From positions 1 through 63,549 of the forward strand of contig CAZFWZ010000001.1 of NCBI GenBank assembly GCA_964522765.1: a DNA stretch of 63,549 nt, given 5' to 3'. Below, one piece after another: positions 29,980 through 39,624 of the stretch. The notes under the pieces were generated by a model. That model worked only from the letters and a program-made list of their open reading frames with translations, was not told the DNA's origin and did no database searches. Within the stretch, counting starts at the first letter, position 1, and each line of letters begins with the position of its first letter. The translations under genes were made by a program, and so were the position numbers. Origin of the DNA: an uncultured Caulobacterales bacterium (GTDB taxonomy: Bacteria; Pseudomonadota; Alphaproteobacteria; Caulobacterales; Maricaulaceae).

Positions 29980-31995
29980 TTAAATATCAAGCCCATCGAT
30001 GAATTGCGCATTGTCTTGAATATATTGATAGCGCAAATCCGCGCGCTTACCCATAAGTGTGCCGACAAGTGCCTCTGTGCTTGGCAGGTTGTCATCATCA
30101 ATGGTGATGCGGATCATTTTACGAGTCTTGGGATTCATTGTGGTGTCTTTAAGCTGGCTTGCCATCATTTCACCAAGACCTTTAAATCGCCCGATATCCA
30201 CTTTGCCGCGTCCAGAAAATTGACCTTCAAGAAGCTCATCTTTGTGAGCATCATCAATCGCGTAGGCAATCTTTGAACCTTGGGTGAGCTTATAAAGCGG
30301 TGGCATGGCCATAAAGAGGCGGCCCGCATCAATCAGGCCCGGCGTATATCGATAGAAAAACGTAATCAGCAGCGCCGCAATATGAGCTCCGTCAACATCC
30401 GCATCTGTCATGATAACGACACGTTCATAGCGTAAATCATCAAGTTCAAATTTTTTGCCAAGGCCGATGCCAAGCGCAACGCAAAGGTCCGAAATTTCTG
30501 CATTGCGCTGAATTTTCTCCATCGTCGCGCTTTCGACATTGAGGATTTTCCCTTTCAGCGGCAAGATAGCTTGGTTTTCGCGGTTGCGAGCCTGTTTGGC
30601 AGAGCCGCCCGCAGAGTCACCTTCGACGATGAATAGTTCTGTGTCTTCAGACCCCTTACGAGTACAATCAGAGAGCTTTCCGGGCAGGCGGAGCTTCTTC
30701 GTTGCGGACTTGCGTTTTACGTCGCGGGCTTTGCGTCGTTTGAGACGATCTTCAGAGTTTTGTATCGCCCATTCTAGCAGCTTTGTTGCATCCTTTGGGG
30801 AACTGGCGAGCCAATGGTCAAATGGGTCGCGCACGGCGCTTTCAACCAGTTTAGACGCTTCGGTATTAGAAAGACGGTCTTTGGTCTGGCCTTGAAATTC
30901 CGGGCTTTTTATAAAGATTGAGACAAGCGCGCCAATACTACTCATTACGTCGTCAGTCGTAATGTTCGCCGCCTTTTTGCTCATACCCGTAATATCAGCA
31001 TAAGAACGCAGGCCTTTGGTGAGCGCGGCGCGAAGGCCTGCTTCATGTGTTCCTCCGCCTGCCGTAGGGACGGTGTTACAATAGCTGCGGATAAGATTGT
31101 CAGCTTCGCCAAACCCTGCGGGAGTCCACGCGACGGCCCACTCCACGCGGCCGTGACCCGTATCTTTTTTGCTGCGTCCCGCAAAAATGTCGCTGGTAAT
31201 CATGGCTTTTGTGCCCATGGTTTCTTTTAGAAAATCAGCAAGGCCACCGGGGAAATGAAAGCTTGCTTCTGAAGGGACAGCGTCTAATTCCTGAACGAGT
31301 TCAGGCGCGCACTTCCAACGAATTTCAACACCTGGTTGTAGATAGGCTTTCGCTCGCGCCATGCGGAACAATCGAGCGGCGCTGAATTTAAGTTTTGGCC
31401 CAAAAATCTCTGGGTCAGGATGAAAGCGCACTTTCGTGCCACGGCGATTGTTTATTGCGCCAAGGTTTTTTATCTTACCTTTCGGCTTACCGCGTGAAAA
31501 AGTCATTGAATATAAGGTCTTACTGCGCGCGACTTCAACGACAAGGTCATCAGAAAGTGCATTAACAACAGAGACGCCCACGCCGTGCAAACCACCAGAT
31601 GTTTCGTAAGCTTTATTAGAGAATTTGCCGCCCGAGTGAAGCTCTGTGAGGATGACTTCAAGGGCTGATTTTTTTGGATATTTAGGGTGAGGGTCGACCG
31701 GAATTCCGCGGCCATTATCAGATACAGAGAGGTGGCCGCTGGCTTCGAGTTCAACCTCAATACGGCTGGCGTGACCTGCCACGGCTTCATCCATTGAGTT
31801 ATCAATAACCTCAGCAAAAAGGTGGTGCAGCGCGCGTGCATCCGTGCCGCCAATATACATGCCCGGGCGAAGCCTAACGGGCTCCAAGCCCTCTAAGACT
31901 TCTATATCTTTCGCAGAATAATTACTGGTGTCGTCGCCCGATTTAGGGCCTGCAAAGAGATCTTTTTTTGCCGCACTAGCCATTGCATTGCTCAC
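29980..31995 (-). CDS. parE: DNA topoisomerase IV subunit B
   Basis: VLEGLEPVRLRPGMYIG, EVIDNSMDE, VEGDSAGGSAKQ, MTDADVDG, RFKGLGEM; no GyrB insertion; alternative start ATG 31983. Confidence 0.95.
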   Translation of the reverse strand: MSNAMASAAKKDLFAGPKSGDDTSNYSAKDIEVLEGLEPVRLRPGMYIGGTDARALHHLFAEVIDNSMDEAVAGHASRIEVELEASGHLSVSDNGRGIPVDPHPKYPKKSALEVILTELHSGGKFSNKAYETSGGLHGVGVSVVNALSDDLVVEVARSKTLYSMTFSRGKPKGKIKNLGAINNRRGTKVRFHPDPEIFGPKLKFSAARLFRMARAKAYLQPGVEIRWKCAPELVQELDAVPSEASFHFPGGLADFLKETMGTKAMITSDIFAGRSKKDTGHGRVEWAVAWTPAGFGEADNLIRSYCNTVPTAGGGTHEAGLRAALTKGLRSYADITGMSKKAANITTDDVMSSIGALVSIFIKSPEFQGQTKDRLSNTEASKLVESAVRDPFDHWLASSPKDATKLLEWAIQNSEDRLKRRKARDVKRKSATKKLRLPGKLSDCTRKGSEDTELFIVEGDSAGGSAKQARNRENQAILPLKGKILNVESATMEKIQRNAEISDLCVALGIGLGKKFELDDLRYERVVIMTDADVDGAHIAALLITFFYRYTPGLIDAGRLFMAMPPLYKLTQGSKIAYAIDDAHKDELLEGQFSGRGKVDIGRFKGLGEMMASQLKDTTMNPKTRKMIRITIDDDNLPSTEALVGTLMGKRADLRYQYIQDNAQFIDGLDI

Positions 31996-32090
31996 TCAAG
32001 AAAATGAATCGAAAATGCACTATGGGGCGATTTGCGCTCCATGCAAGTGGAGCGCCGTTTTTATGGTGGGATTACCTCTAACCGCGTGGG

Positions 32091-35000
32091 CTAGAATAAC
32101 AAGCGAAGGACAACGCGGCCTGTGTGGCGGATAAATCCGTCACGAATATCACTGTCTATATCAAACGAGAAGCTTGAAAATTCGGAGCCAGCAGCAACTG
32201 TGATGCCAAGCAAAAATCCGTCTGAAGAGATTTCTTCAGATTCAATAGTAAATGGTGTTGTGCCGCCTACGAAACGGCCTGTTGTGATAACACCGTCGTT
32301 GATAAAGTCATTGCGATAGCCAACGCGAAGCGATGGGCGTACCCATGTTCGCTTGCCAAAAAACTTGGCGCCAAAGTTAAGCATTGCCGTAGCTGATCCG
32401 CTCTCTGAATCGCGGTCGTCAATATCAAGACCGATGCCGGTTGAACTTTCTTCCGTGTAAGAGTTCTCAGATAACGATAAATAGTCCAGAGATATAGCAG
32501 GGCGCACAAAGAACGTATCGCTAATATCGTAATCATAACCTGCACGTAGAGTCCCATTTACATGTGTACCCGACCAGTCGCCAGAGGACGTTCCAATGAA
32601 GTTGCCTACGGCTACGTTTCTCTCGCTTTCAAAATCATTATAACCAACGCCTGCCAGAGCTTCAATTCCAAGTCCGCCGGTTTGATAACCTGCATAGGCC
32701 CCAAGTTGAACTGTCACGAGATCAAGTGGTTCATCATCGTCAATCACGCTTTCAATTTCTGTTGAGGCAAAACCAGCGGTAAGGCCTACCGCATGAAAAG
32801 GCCCGAGTTCTGTATCGATGCCCGCATTAAAACCAAAACCATGGCCACGGTACTGATCGGATAACCCTGCAAGTTCACGGTCTGCGAAATAAGCGAACTC
32901 TTCAATCCAGACCCCGCCTGGGCGGTCTGGGCTGCGGCGTGCATTGTCAAGCTGTGCCCCAACTGCGCCTGTTGCGCCGTTAACATTGGCAACAACGAAC
33001 TGAAGTCCGGCGGCTGCAAACTCTGGTAAAAGTTGGTTGTAGGCTTGATTGAATGTGTCGCCGTCCGTCAAGTTTACAAAAGCATCGCCAAGGGCCGCGT
33101 TCGAGCTGAGGGCTTCAAAGGCCGAATTGAAAAAGGCTGTTTGCACATTGTCCAGACCCAGCTCAGAAGTTTCGCGCAAATCGAGTGTAACAAGCAATGA
33201 GTTTGGGTCATTTGCGTCAAACGAATATGTTGTGTTGTAGAGGAAGGGTGAGGTGACCCCGGAAAGGGTCGAAAGGTCGCCTTCAACATTTAAATTCGCA
33301 GCACTTGCAATCGTAAACGTATTGGATGTACTTCCAATAATATTAGAAAGAATGGGATTAATCTGTGCCCCGTCAGCAAAGCTAATATCGCCCGACGCGA
33401 CCAATGTGCTGGCTTGACCTGTCGCCCCGTCAAGAGAGGGGTTATAAGAGGATGTTGAGTCAAAGCTTGCTGTCGTGACGGATAGAGGCGTGCCTGCCAA
33501 ATTAGTCAGTGCGCTATCTGACACTGACAATGCAACTGAGCCGCCTTCACTTGTAATAGCGCCTGTGACGATGGAGCCTCCGCTTATTGTGAGTGAGTTT
33601 TCTCCGCCTGCAAAGTCGATCGCACCAACCACTGTGCCTGACGTGACTTCGACAGTGTCGTCCCCGCTGCCAAGTAAAACATCCCCGAAAATACTCGGAG
33701 CTGTTGGCGTGATTTCATCGGTTAAATCGGTATCTTCAGCAAGGTTTTGTGTAACGTTTACCCCTGTTGTGTTCGCCGAAAGATCTAGTGCTGTACGTGT
33801 GAAATTTGTGGCCTCTATTCCATTCGCATCAGAATTTACGCCAATAGCACTGATTGTCCCCGTGTTGACAACATTGAGCAAAGTACCGGAGGAATCGCGA
33901 ATAGCAACAATTTCACCGTCTCGGCCTGTAACAATTGCCGAAATTGCACCGCTATTGTTAAGGGATGAGACATCGGCGCCATCTTCAATGTTAATAGCCA
34001 CGGCCGTAATATTGCGCGCGGCCATAATGTCTTCGTCGTCAAGAAAAGATTGATCCAGGTCTTCCGTAACGCTTGCGGTGATAATGCCCGCGTTGTTAAT
34101 GGCTTCAGCAATGGCCCCGTTCCCAATAACAATAACTTGTGCCAGGCCTGTAAATCCGTCGACATCAACTGTGCCGTCGTCGCTCGATCTAAAACTTGAA
34201 GCTGACAGTGAGCCTGTATTGGATATACCGCCCTCAATCGTGGCATCGCGAACCTCAAATGTCGTTGAGTTCACATCGTTAAAAACGCCAGACGCCGACA
34301 GTTGTCCTTCGTTAATAAAGCCGTATGTAAGCGCGCCGTCAAAATTTTCGTCATCAGGGTCAGTTATCGCGGAGACTCTACCAATCGCGATGGGGGTGCC
34401 TAGACCATCGATTAAAATTGCGGGCGCATTACCAAACTGGTTAACACTCGGGATGGAACTTATGAACGATGTTTCTACTCCAGCTTCATCCGTAGTAGTT
34501 GTGATAACTTGATCAAATAATACGCCGCCCGAAATATTACTGTTGATGTTAACGGCGGCTGCAGCTTGCCCAAGATCGTCTTCATCAATAAGCTCACGCC
34601 CCGCAAGGTTAGGACGCGTTGAGAAGCGATAGCCAGTGTTTGAAATTGTACCTTGAGAGGTGAAACCGCCCTCTATATCGTCTGTGACACTTACTCCCGA
34701 AGCGTTCGTGCCGAGAGTTTGTATGTTGCCGCCAAGTGCTAGCTCCCCAATAATCCGGCTTTCTACGCTGACGCCAACAGAATTGTCACCTGTCACGCCA
34801 ATGACTCCAAGAGCGCTCAAATTACCTGTTAAGCCAGCTGTCTCCGCTAGCCGTATGCCAAAGCTATTATTTCCTTCAACGACCACACTGCTGACGGTCT
34901 CAAGGGTCACATTACCCACGAAAGGTGATGCGCCCGAAATCAGAATGCCTGTTCGGCCTGTCCCAGAGGCAAATGGCTCATCCGGAACGAGGTCATCGTC

Positions 35001-35363
35001 TAAATCAGCGGGCGTAAAGTCTTCAATCACTGAGATTGCGCCCGATTGTGTGTAGCTGCCCGTATTACCACCTTGTATTTCGACCGCTGTTGCATTGTCC
35101 ACGTCTTCAATCAAAATTACGCCAGAATTTGTTATCGTGTTATCGGAATTAAGCGTCACGGCAGGATCTGTTGTCGTCGTGGTGATTGTGACACCCGCGT
35201 CAATCGTTACGTCGCCACTGTCTTCGGTTATGACAGGTGTATCTTGATCAACGTCGATTGTTGTCTGGGCCGATACGAGCGTCGCAGCGCTGAACGTGAT
35301 TGTTGTCAACGCGGTCGTCAAAAAGAAGCGGTTAAGCATATCGGGCAGGTCCAATTCGGTCAT
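32091..35363 (-). CDS. Autotransporter (beta-helix-like acidic passenger plus C-terminal beta-barrel)
   Basis: Signal peptide (possible start 35339), repeated N-x-G-x-I-x-A turns, C-terminal barrel ending in Phe. Confidence 0.85.
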   Translation of the reverse strand: MTELDLPDMLNRFFLTTALTTITFSAATLVSAQTTIDVDQDTPVITEDSGDVTIDAGVTITTTTTDPAVTLNSDNTITNSGVILIEDVDNATAVEIQGGNTGSYTQSGAISVIEDFTPADLDDDLVPDEPFASGTGRTGILISGASPFVGNVTLETVSSVVVEGNNSFGIRLAETAGLTGNLSALGVIGVTGDNSVGVSVESRIIGELALGGNIQTLGTNASGVSVTDDIEGGFTSQGTISNTGYRFSTRPNLAGRELIDEDDLGQAAAAVNINSNISGGVLFDQVITTTTDEAGVETSFISSIPSVNQFGNAPAILIDGLGTPIAIGRVSAITDPDDENFDGALTYGFINEGQLSASGVFNDVNSTTFEVRDATIEGGISNTGSLSASSFRSSDDGTVDVDGFTGLAQVIVIGNGAIAEAINNAGIITASVTEDLDQSFLDDEDIMAARNITAVAINIEDGADVSSLNNSGAISAIVTGRDGEIVAIRDSSGTLLNVVNTGTISAIGVNSDANGIEATNFTRTALDLSANTTGVNVTQNLAEDTDLTDEITPTAPSIFGDVLLGSGDDTVEVTSGTVVGAIDFAGGENSLTISGGSIVTGAITSEGGSVALSVSDSALTNLAGTPLSVTTASFDSTSSYNPSLDGATGQASTLVASGDISFADGAQINPILSNIIGSTSNTFTIASAANLNVEGDLSTLSGVTSPFLYNTTYSFDANDPNSLLVTLDLRETSELGLDNVQTAFFNSAFEALSSNAALGDAFVNLTDGDTFNQAYNQLLPEFAAAGLQFVVANVNGATGAVGAQLDNARRSPDRPGGVWIEEFAYFADRELAGLSDQYRGHGFGFNAGIDTELGPFHAVGLTAGFASTEIESVIDDDEPLDLVTVQLGAYAGYQTGGLGIEALAGVGYNDFESERNVAVGNFIGTSSGDWSGTHVNGTLRAGYDYDISDTFFVRPAISLDYLSLSENSYTEESSTGIGLDIDDRDSESGSATAMLNFGAKFFGKRTWVRPSLRVGYRNDFINDGVITTGRFVGGTTPFTIESEEISSDGFLLGITVAAGSEFSSFSFDIDSDIRDGFIRHTGRVVLRLLF

Positions 35364-35492
35364 TTTAAAACTCTAGCCGTGAATGAAAATTCCCGACTCA
35401 AGACGTATTAACGGGTAATGTCGCTCGCGCCAATGAAAGAATGGTTATTTTTCAGCCATATATCAGCTCTAAAGCCGCAGTTTGGGGTCTGT

Positions 35493-36110
35493 TTAAGCTG
35501 TGGGGCGAACCGCGTGGGCCAAAATGTTGACCATAGTGGCGTGGGCGGGCGTCTTACCTATGTTTTCAATCACATGGTCTTGGTCTGCGCGGTATCGCAA
35601 AGTTTGACCTTCGGAGGCCTCCCAGCTTTCATCCGCCGTTGAGACACGCAACTTTCCTTGCAAGATTGTGAGGTTTTCAACTGACCCTGCAGGATGAGCT
35701 GAGCTTTCGAGTTTACCGCCCGGCGCGGCCTTAAAATCATACCATTGAGCCCATTGCACAGTCTCAATCCAGCCCGTTATGCGAAGTTCGCACAGCCCAT
35801 CTTCAGATTTGAGAAGCGGCGTGTCTTGGGTGTTGAGTTTTTCAACAAGAGCAGAGCCGTTATTGGGTGTATCAACCAAAAAGGCCTCAATACTCGTGCC
35901 AAGGGCTTGCGAAAGCCGAGATAAGGTTGCGAGAGAGGGGTTGGTTTCGTTCTTTTCGATTTGCGAAATCATGGATTTAGCGACACCGGAAATCTCGGAT
36001 AATTCGCCAAGTGACATCTTATCTACTGTGCGAAGACGCTGGATTGTCTTGCCAAGCTTTGCGCCTAAAGCATCCGTCTCTGGGCAGGCTTGTCTTTTTT
36101 GGCGGGCCAT
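35493..36110 (-). CDS. XRE-family HTH plus cupin transcriptional regulator (SutR/PuuR-like)
   Basis: LGELSEISGVAKSMISQIEKNETNPSL HTH; cupin SAHPAGSVENL...RYRADQDH; start moved to ATG 36110. Confidence 0.92.
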   Translation of the reverse strand: MARQKRQACPETDALGAKLGKTIQRLRTVDKMSLGELSEISGVAKSMISQIEKNETNPSLATLSRLSQALGTSIEAFLVDTPNNGSALVEKLNTQDTPLLKSEDGLCELRITGWIETVQWAQWYDFKAAPGGKLESSAHPAGSVENLTILQGKLRVSTADESWEASEGQTLRYRADQDHVIENIGKTPAHATMVNILAHAVRPTA

Positions 36111-36158
36111 AAGCGGTCTCAAAATTGTGACCATTTTACGAAAAAAACTTGGCCAAAG

Positions 36159-36194
36159 GTCTGGTATATTGTCCAATCGTTCTATATATAGAAC
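36159..36194. promoter_or_regulatory. Putative operator(s) of the XRE-cupin regulator
   Basis: Perfect palindrome GTTCTATATATAGAAC (36179-36194) and degenerate copy GTCTGGTATATTGTCC 20 bp away (36159-36174). Confidence 0.65.
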
Positions 36195-36263
36195 AGCGAA
36201 ATAGCAAGGCGATTGTTCGTTTTGCTCAATGCCATGAGGCTAAAAACGGCTTTGGAGCCAAAT

Positions 36264-37655
36264 ATGCGTTATCTTCCCATTCACGTAGATACAGCACATC
36301 AGAGAGTTCTAATAGTTGGCGGAGAGGCTGCGGCTGAAGCTAAGTTGCGAACGCTAATTAAAACAGATGCTGAATTGTTTCTTGTTGCGCCTGAACTCGG
36401 CCCCGAAGTGGCGAGATGGGTCAGGGCCGGAAAGATTGTCTGGGCGCAGCGCGAGTTTAATGAGAACGACTTAAATGGCGTGCGGTTGGTTTATGCGGCC
36501 ACCGAAGATGATACTGAAAATGCGCGTATTGCAGAGCTTTCAAGCGCGCGCGGTTTGCTCGTAAATGCCGCTGACCAGAAAGATGCTTGCGCCTTTATTA
36601 CGCCCGCGCTTGTCGACCGCAGCCCTGTCATTGTGTCGATCGGCACGGAAGGTACAAGCCCAAGTTTGGCGCGCGCATTAAAATCTGAATTTGAACAGAT
36701 ATTGCCCTCAACACTTGGATCATTTTCTAGAAAAATCAATGCTTTACGAGCTAAAGTGAAGCTAAGTCTTCCGGACTTATCTATTCGCCAAACCTTCTGG
36801 GCGGATATATTTGATGGACGAGATCTGCGCTCGCAGCTGCGCGTGACAGAGCCTGAACTTGAAGCCCGCGTCAATGAGAAATTGGTAGCAGGAAACGCGA
36901 GTACTAAGACAGGTCAAGTCGTGCTCGTCGGGGCTGGTCCCGGCTCTCCAGAACTGCTGACGCTTGGTGCGCGTCAAGCACTTCATGCGGCTGACGTTAT
37001 TGTTTATGATCGCCTTGTCTCTCAAGACGTACTCGATTTTGGTCGCCGCGAAGCGGAATATATCTACGTGGGTAAGGACCCGCATGGACGTTCAACGCGG
37101 CAAGACGCCATCAATGAAACCCTTATTGAGAAAGCTCGCGAAGGTCTTCACGTTGTGCGCCTTAAATCTGGCGACCCGTTGATTTTTGGCCGCGCGGATG
37201 AAGAGCTCGACGCGCTGCAAGACGCGAAAGTCACGGCGCGTATCGTGCCAGGCATTACGTCTGCCGCTGCTGCCGCCGCCGAAATTGGCGCGTCCTTAAC
37301 AACGCGCGGCCGTAATAAATCAGTATCATTTATCACAGGCCATGACGCAGAAGGTTTTGCCGATCATGATTGGAATGCATTGGCGGGCATTGAGGCCCGC
37401 GCGGCGATATATATGGGTGTTGGCGCGAGCCGCTTTATTCAAGGACGTTTGCTTTTGCATGGCGCAAAGAAATCTACGCCTGTGACGGTCGTGGAAAACG
37501 CGTCCCGAGCCAACCAGCTTATTGTCGCGACAACGCTTGGTGATCTCGCCGATGATATTAAGGCGCGAGGCATTAAAGGCCCCGCTATATTGCTTCTTGG
37601 TTACGCGCCGCGTGAAGCCTTGACCCAAGCGGCGAAAATCGGAGTGGCGATATGA
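36264..37655 (+). CDS. cysG: Siroheme synthase (precorrin-2 dehydrogenase/ferrochelatase plus SUMT)
   Basis: VLIVGGEAAA, FITPALVDRSP, LVGAGPGSPELLT, RLKSGDPLIFGR, VPGITS; start after GGAG. Confidence 0.95.
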   Translation: MRYLPIHVDTAHQRVLIVGGEAAAEAKLRTLIKTDAELFLVAPELGPEVARWVRAGKIVWAQREFNENDLNGVRLVYAATEDDTENARIAELSSARGLLVNAADQKDACAFITPALVDRSPVIVSIGTEGTSPSLARALKSEFEQILPSTLGSFSRKINALRAKVKLSLPDLSIRQTFWADIFDGRDLRSQLRVTEPELEARVNEKLVAGNASTKTGQVVLVGAGPGSPELLTLGARQALHAADVIVYDRLVSQDVLDFGRREAEYIYVGKDPHGRSTRQDAINETLIEKAREGLHVVRLKSGDPLIFGRADEELDALQDAKVTARIVPGITSAAAAAAEIGASLTTRGRNKSVSFITGHDAEGFADHDWNALAGIEARAAIYMGVGASRFIQGRLLLHGAKKSTPVTVVENASRANQLIVATTLGDLADDIKARGIKGPAILLLGYAPREALTQAAKIGVAI

Positions 37656-37969
37656 GTTTAAAACATAAAGGCAAAGGCCCGCAGGCTCTGACCGCGAATA
37701 ATCTTCGCGAAGGCTTTGTTGTCTGGCTAACCAAAGATATGACGTGGTCGGCAGATTACACAGACGTATTTTTGTCTGAAGACGAAAATGTTATTGAGAA
37801 AATGCAGGCGCAAGGTGAGGCCGACGACCTGGCTAACCTTATTACGGGTGTTTACTTCATTGATGTTGATCCTGCCACAGGTCTACCCGCCCGTTACCGT
37901 GAGCGGTTCCGCGTCAAAGGCCCTAGTTATGACACAGCTGCGTTTCTTGCGGCTAAGGAGGCGAAATAA
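37652..37969 (+). CDS. DUF2849 domain protein
   Basis: LTANNLREGFVVWL and RERFRVKGPS; sits directly before cysI. Confidence 0.9.
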   Translation: MSLKHKGKGPQALTANNLREGFVVWLTKDMTWSADYTDVFLSEDENVIEKMQAQGEADDLANLITGVYFIDVDPATGLPARYRERFRVKGPSYDTAAFLAAKEAK

Positions 37970-39624
37970 TGTATCGCTATGATGAATTTGACCACGATGT
38001 GGTGCAATCGCGCGTAAAACAATTTCGCGGGCAGGTCGAGCGCCGCCTTGCGGGCCGTATTACTGAGGATCAGTTTAAGCCTTTGCGTTTGCAAAATGGC
38101 CTTTATCTACAGCTCCATGCCTATATGCTGCGGGTAGCTGTGCCTTATGGTACACTGTCCTCAAAGCAAATGCGGCAGCTCGCGATGATCGCAGATAAAT
38201 ATGACCGCGGCTATGGCCACATCACAACGCGCCAAAATATGCAGTTTAATTGGCCCGAGCTGACTGATGTGCCAGATATTTTGCAGGATTTGGCCGATGT
38301 TGAAATGCATGCTTTTCAAACATCTGGGAACTGTATTCGTAACGTTACATCTGACCCCTATGCAGGGGCTGCAGGCGAAGAGATCGAAGACCCGCGCCCA
38401 ACAGCTGAACTCTTGCGCCAATGGTCAACTATCCATCCGGAATTTGCATTCTTGCCGCGTAAGTTCAAAATCGCTGTCACTGCCTCAAAGCAGGACAGAG
38501 CTGTTATTCGCGCTCATGATATTGGTATAGAAATTGTACGCAATGATGCGGGCGAAGTTGGCTATCACATCATCGTTGGCGGAGGTCTTGGCCGAACACC
38601 TATCATCGGCGTTACATTGCGTGAATTTCTTCCGCGCGAAGAGCTATTGCCTTATCTTGAAGCCGTTATGCGCGTCTACAACCGCTTTGGCCGCCGCGAT
38701 AATAAATATAAAGCCCGCATCAAAATCCTTGTACAGGAAACAGGTATTGAAGATTTTAAAGCCCAAGTTGATGCGGAATACGCGACGCTTGAGCCGTCTG
38801 ACATCGCCGTGTCCCCTGAAGAAGTCGCGCGTATCACGGCCTATTTCGCGCCGCCAGAGTTCGAAGACTTGTCTGATGTAAATGTGGCTATAAATGAGGC
38901 CCGCAAATCCGATAGCGCGTTTAATGACTGGGTTGAAAACAACGTCGCTACCCATAAGCAAGCGGGCTATGCGATTGTAAACATATCACTCAAATCTCCA
39001 GAGCTTGCGCCGGGGGATATTACCTCTGACCAAATGCGCAGTGTGGCTGATCTTGCGGACAGTTATAGTTTTAGTGAGCTGCGCAGCACACATCAGCAAA
39101 ATCTCGTCCTGCCGCATGTCAAGCAGGCTGACTTACCTGCGCTCTATAAAGCGCTGGTGGATAAAGATATTCACGCGGCCAATATCGGTCTCATTACTGA
39201 TATTATTTGCTGTCCCGGCATGGATTTTTGCGCGCTTGCCACGGCTCGCTCTATCCCGCTGTCTCAGGCTATCACCGAGCGGTTCCTTGACCCCGCGCGC
39301 CAAAAAGCGATTGGCGAAATGCAAATTAAAATTAGCGGCTGTATCAATGCCTGTGGTCATCACCATGTTGGCCATATCGGTATTCTGGGCCTCGAAAAAG
39401 CGGGCGTTGAATTTTATCAAATTAAGCTCGGCGGAGATTCGTCTGAAAACGCTGCTGTTGGTGATATAACAGGTAAGGGTTTTTCTCACGACGAAACTGT
39501 TGATGCCATTGAGAAAATGGTCGATTTTTATATTTCCAAACGAGAGGAGGGAGAGCGTTTCATCGATGCCTACCGCCGCCTTGGCATGGATGCCTTCAAG
39601 GAGGTGCTCTATGGAACCGCTTAG
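37969..39624 (+). CDS. cysI: Sulfite reductase hemoprotein (nitrite/sulfite reductase)
   Basis: MYRYDEFD, NGLYLQLHAYMLR, TTRQN, CCPGMDFC and SGCINACG siroheme/4Fe-4S ligands. Confidence 0.96.
   Translation: MYRYDEFDHDVVQSRVKQFRGQVERRLAGRITEDQFKPLRLQNGLYLQLHAYMLRVAVPYGTLSSKQMRQLAMIADKYDRGYGHITTRQNMQFNWPELTDVPDILQDLADVEMHAFQTSGNCIRNVTSDPYAGAAGEEIEDPRPTAELLRQWSTIHPEFAFLPRKFKIAVTASKQDRAVIRAHDIGIEIVRNDAGEVGYHIIVGGGLGRTPIIGVTLREFLPREELLPYLEAVMRVYNRFGRRDNKYKARIKILVQETGIEDFKAQVDAEYATLEPSDIAVSPEEVARITAYFAPPEFEDLSDVNVAINEARKSDSAFNDWVENNVATHKQAGYAIVNISLKSPELAPGDITSDQMRSVADLADSYSFSELRSTHQQNLVLPHVKQADLPALYKALVDKDIHAANIGLITDIICCPGMDFCALATARSIPLSQAITERFLDPARQKAIGEMQIKISGCINACGHHHVGHIGILGLEKAGVEFYQIKLGGDSSENAAVGDITGKGFSHDETVDAIEKMVDFYISKREEGERFIDAYRRLGMDAFKEVLYGTA

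Noticed and set aside
32122-35411. Several long plus-strand ORFs (for example 33475-34053, 34078-34512) opposite the autotransporter
   Set aside because: Antisense shadow ORFs arising from codon bias of the real gene, with no motifs. The same applies to the many short overlapping ORFs elsewhere in the track.
36179-36194. LexA/SOS box interpretation of the GTTC...GAAC palindrome
   Set aside because: The alphaproteobacterial LexA box is the direct repeat GTTC-N7-GTTC and the Gram-positive box is GAAC-N4-GTTC; neither matches
39500-39610. N-terminal 37-aa extension of the DUF934-CysH ORF overlapping cysI
   Set aside because: A better start, ATG 39611, follows GGAGG with a typical short overlap; the extension is an ORF-caller artefact
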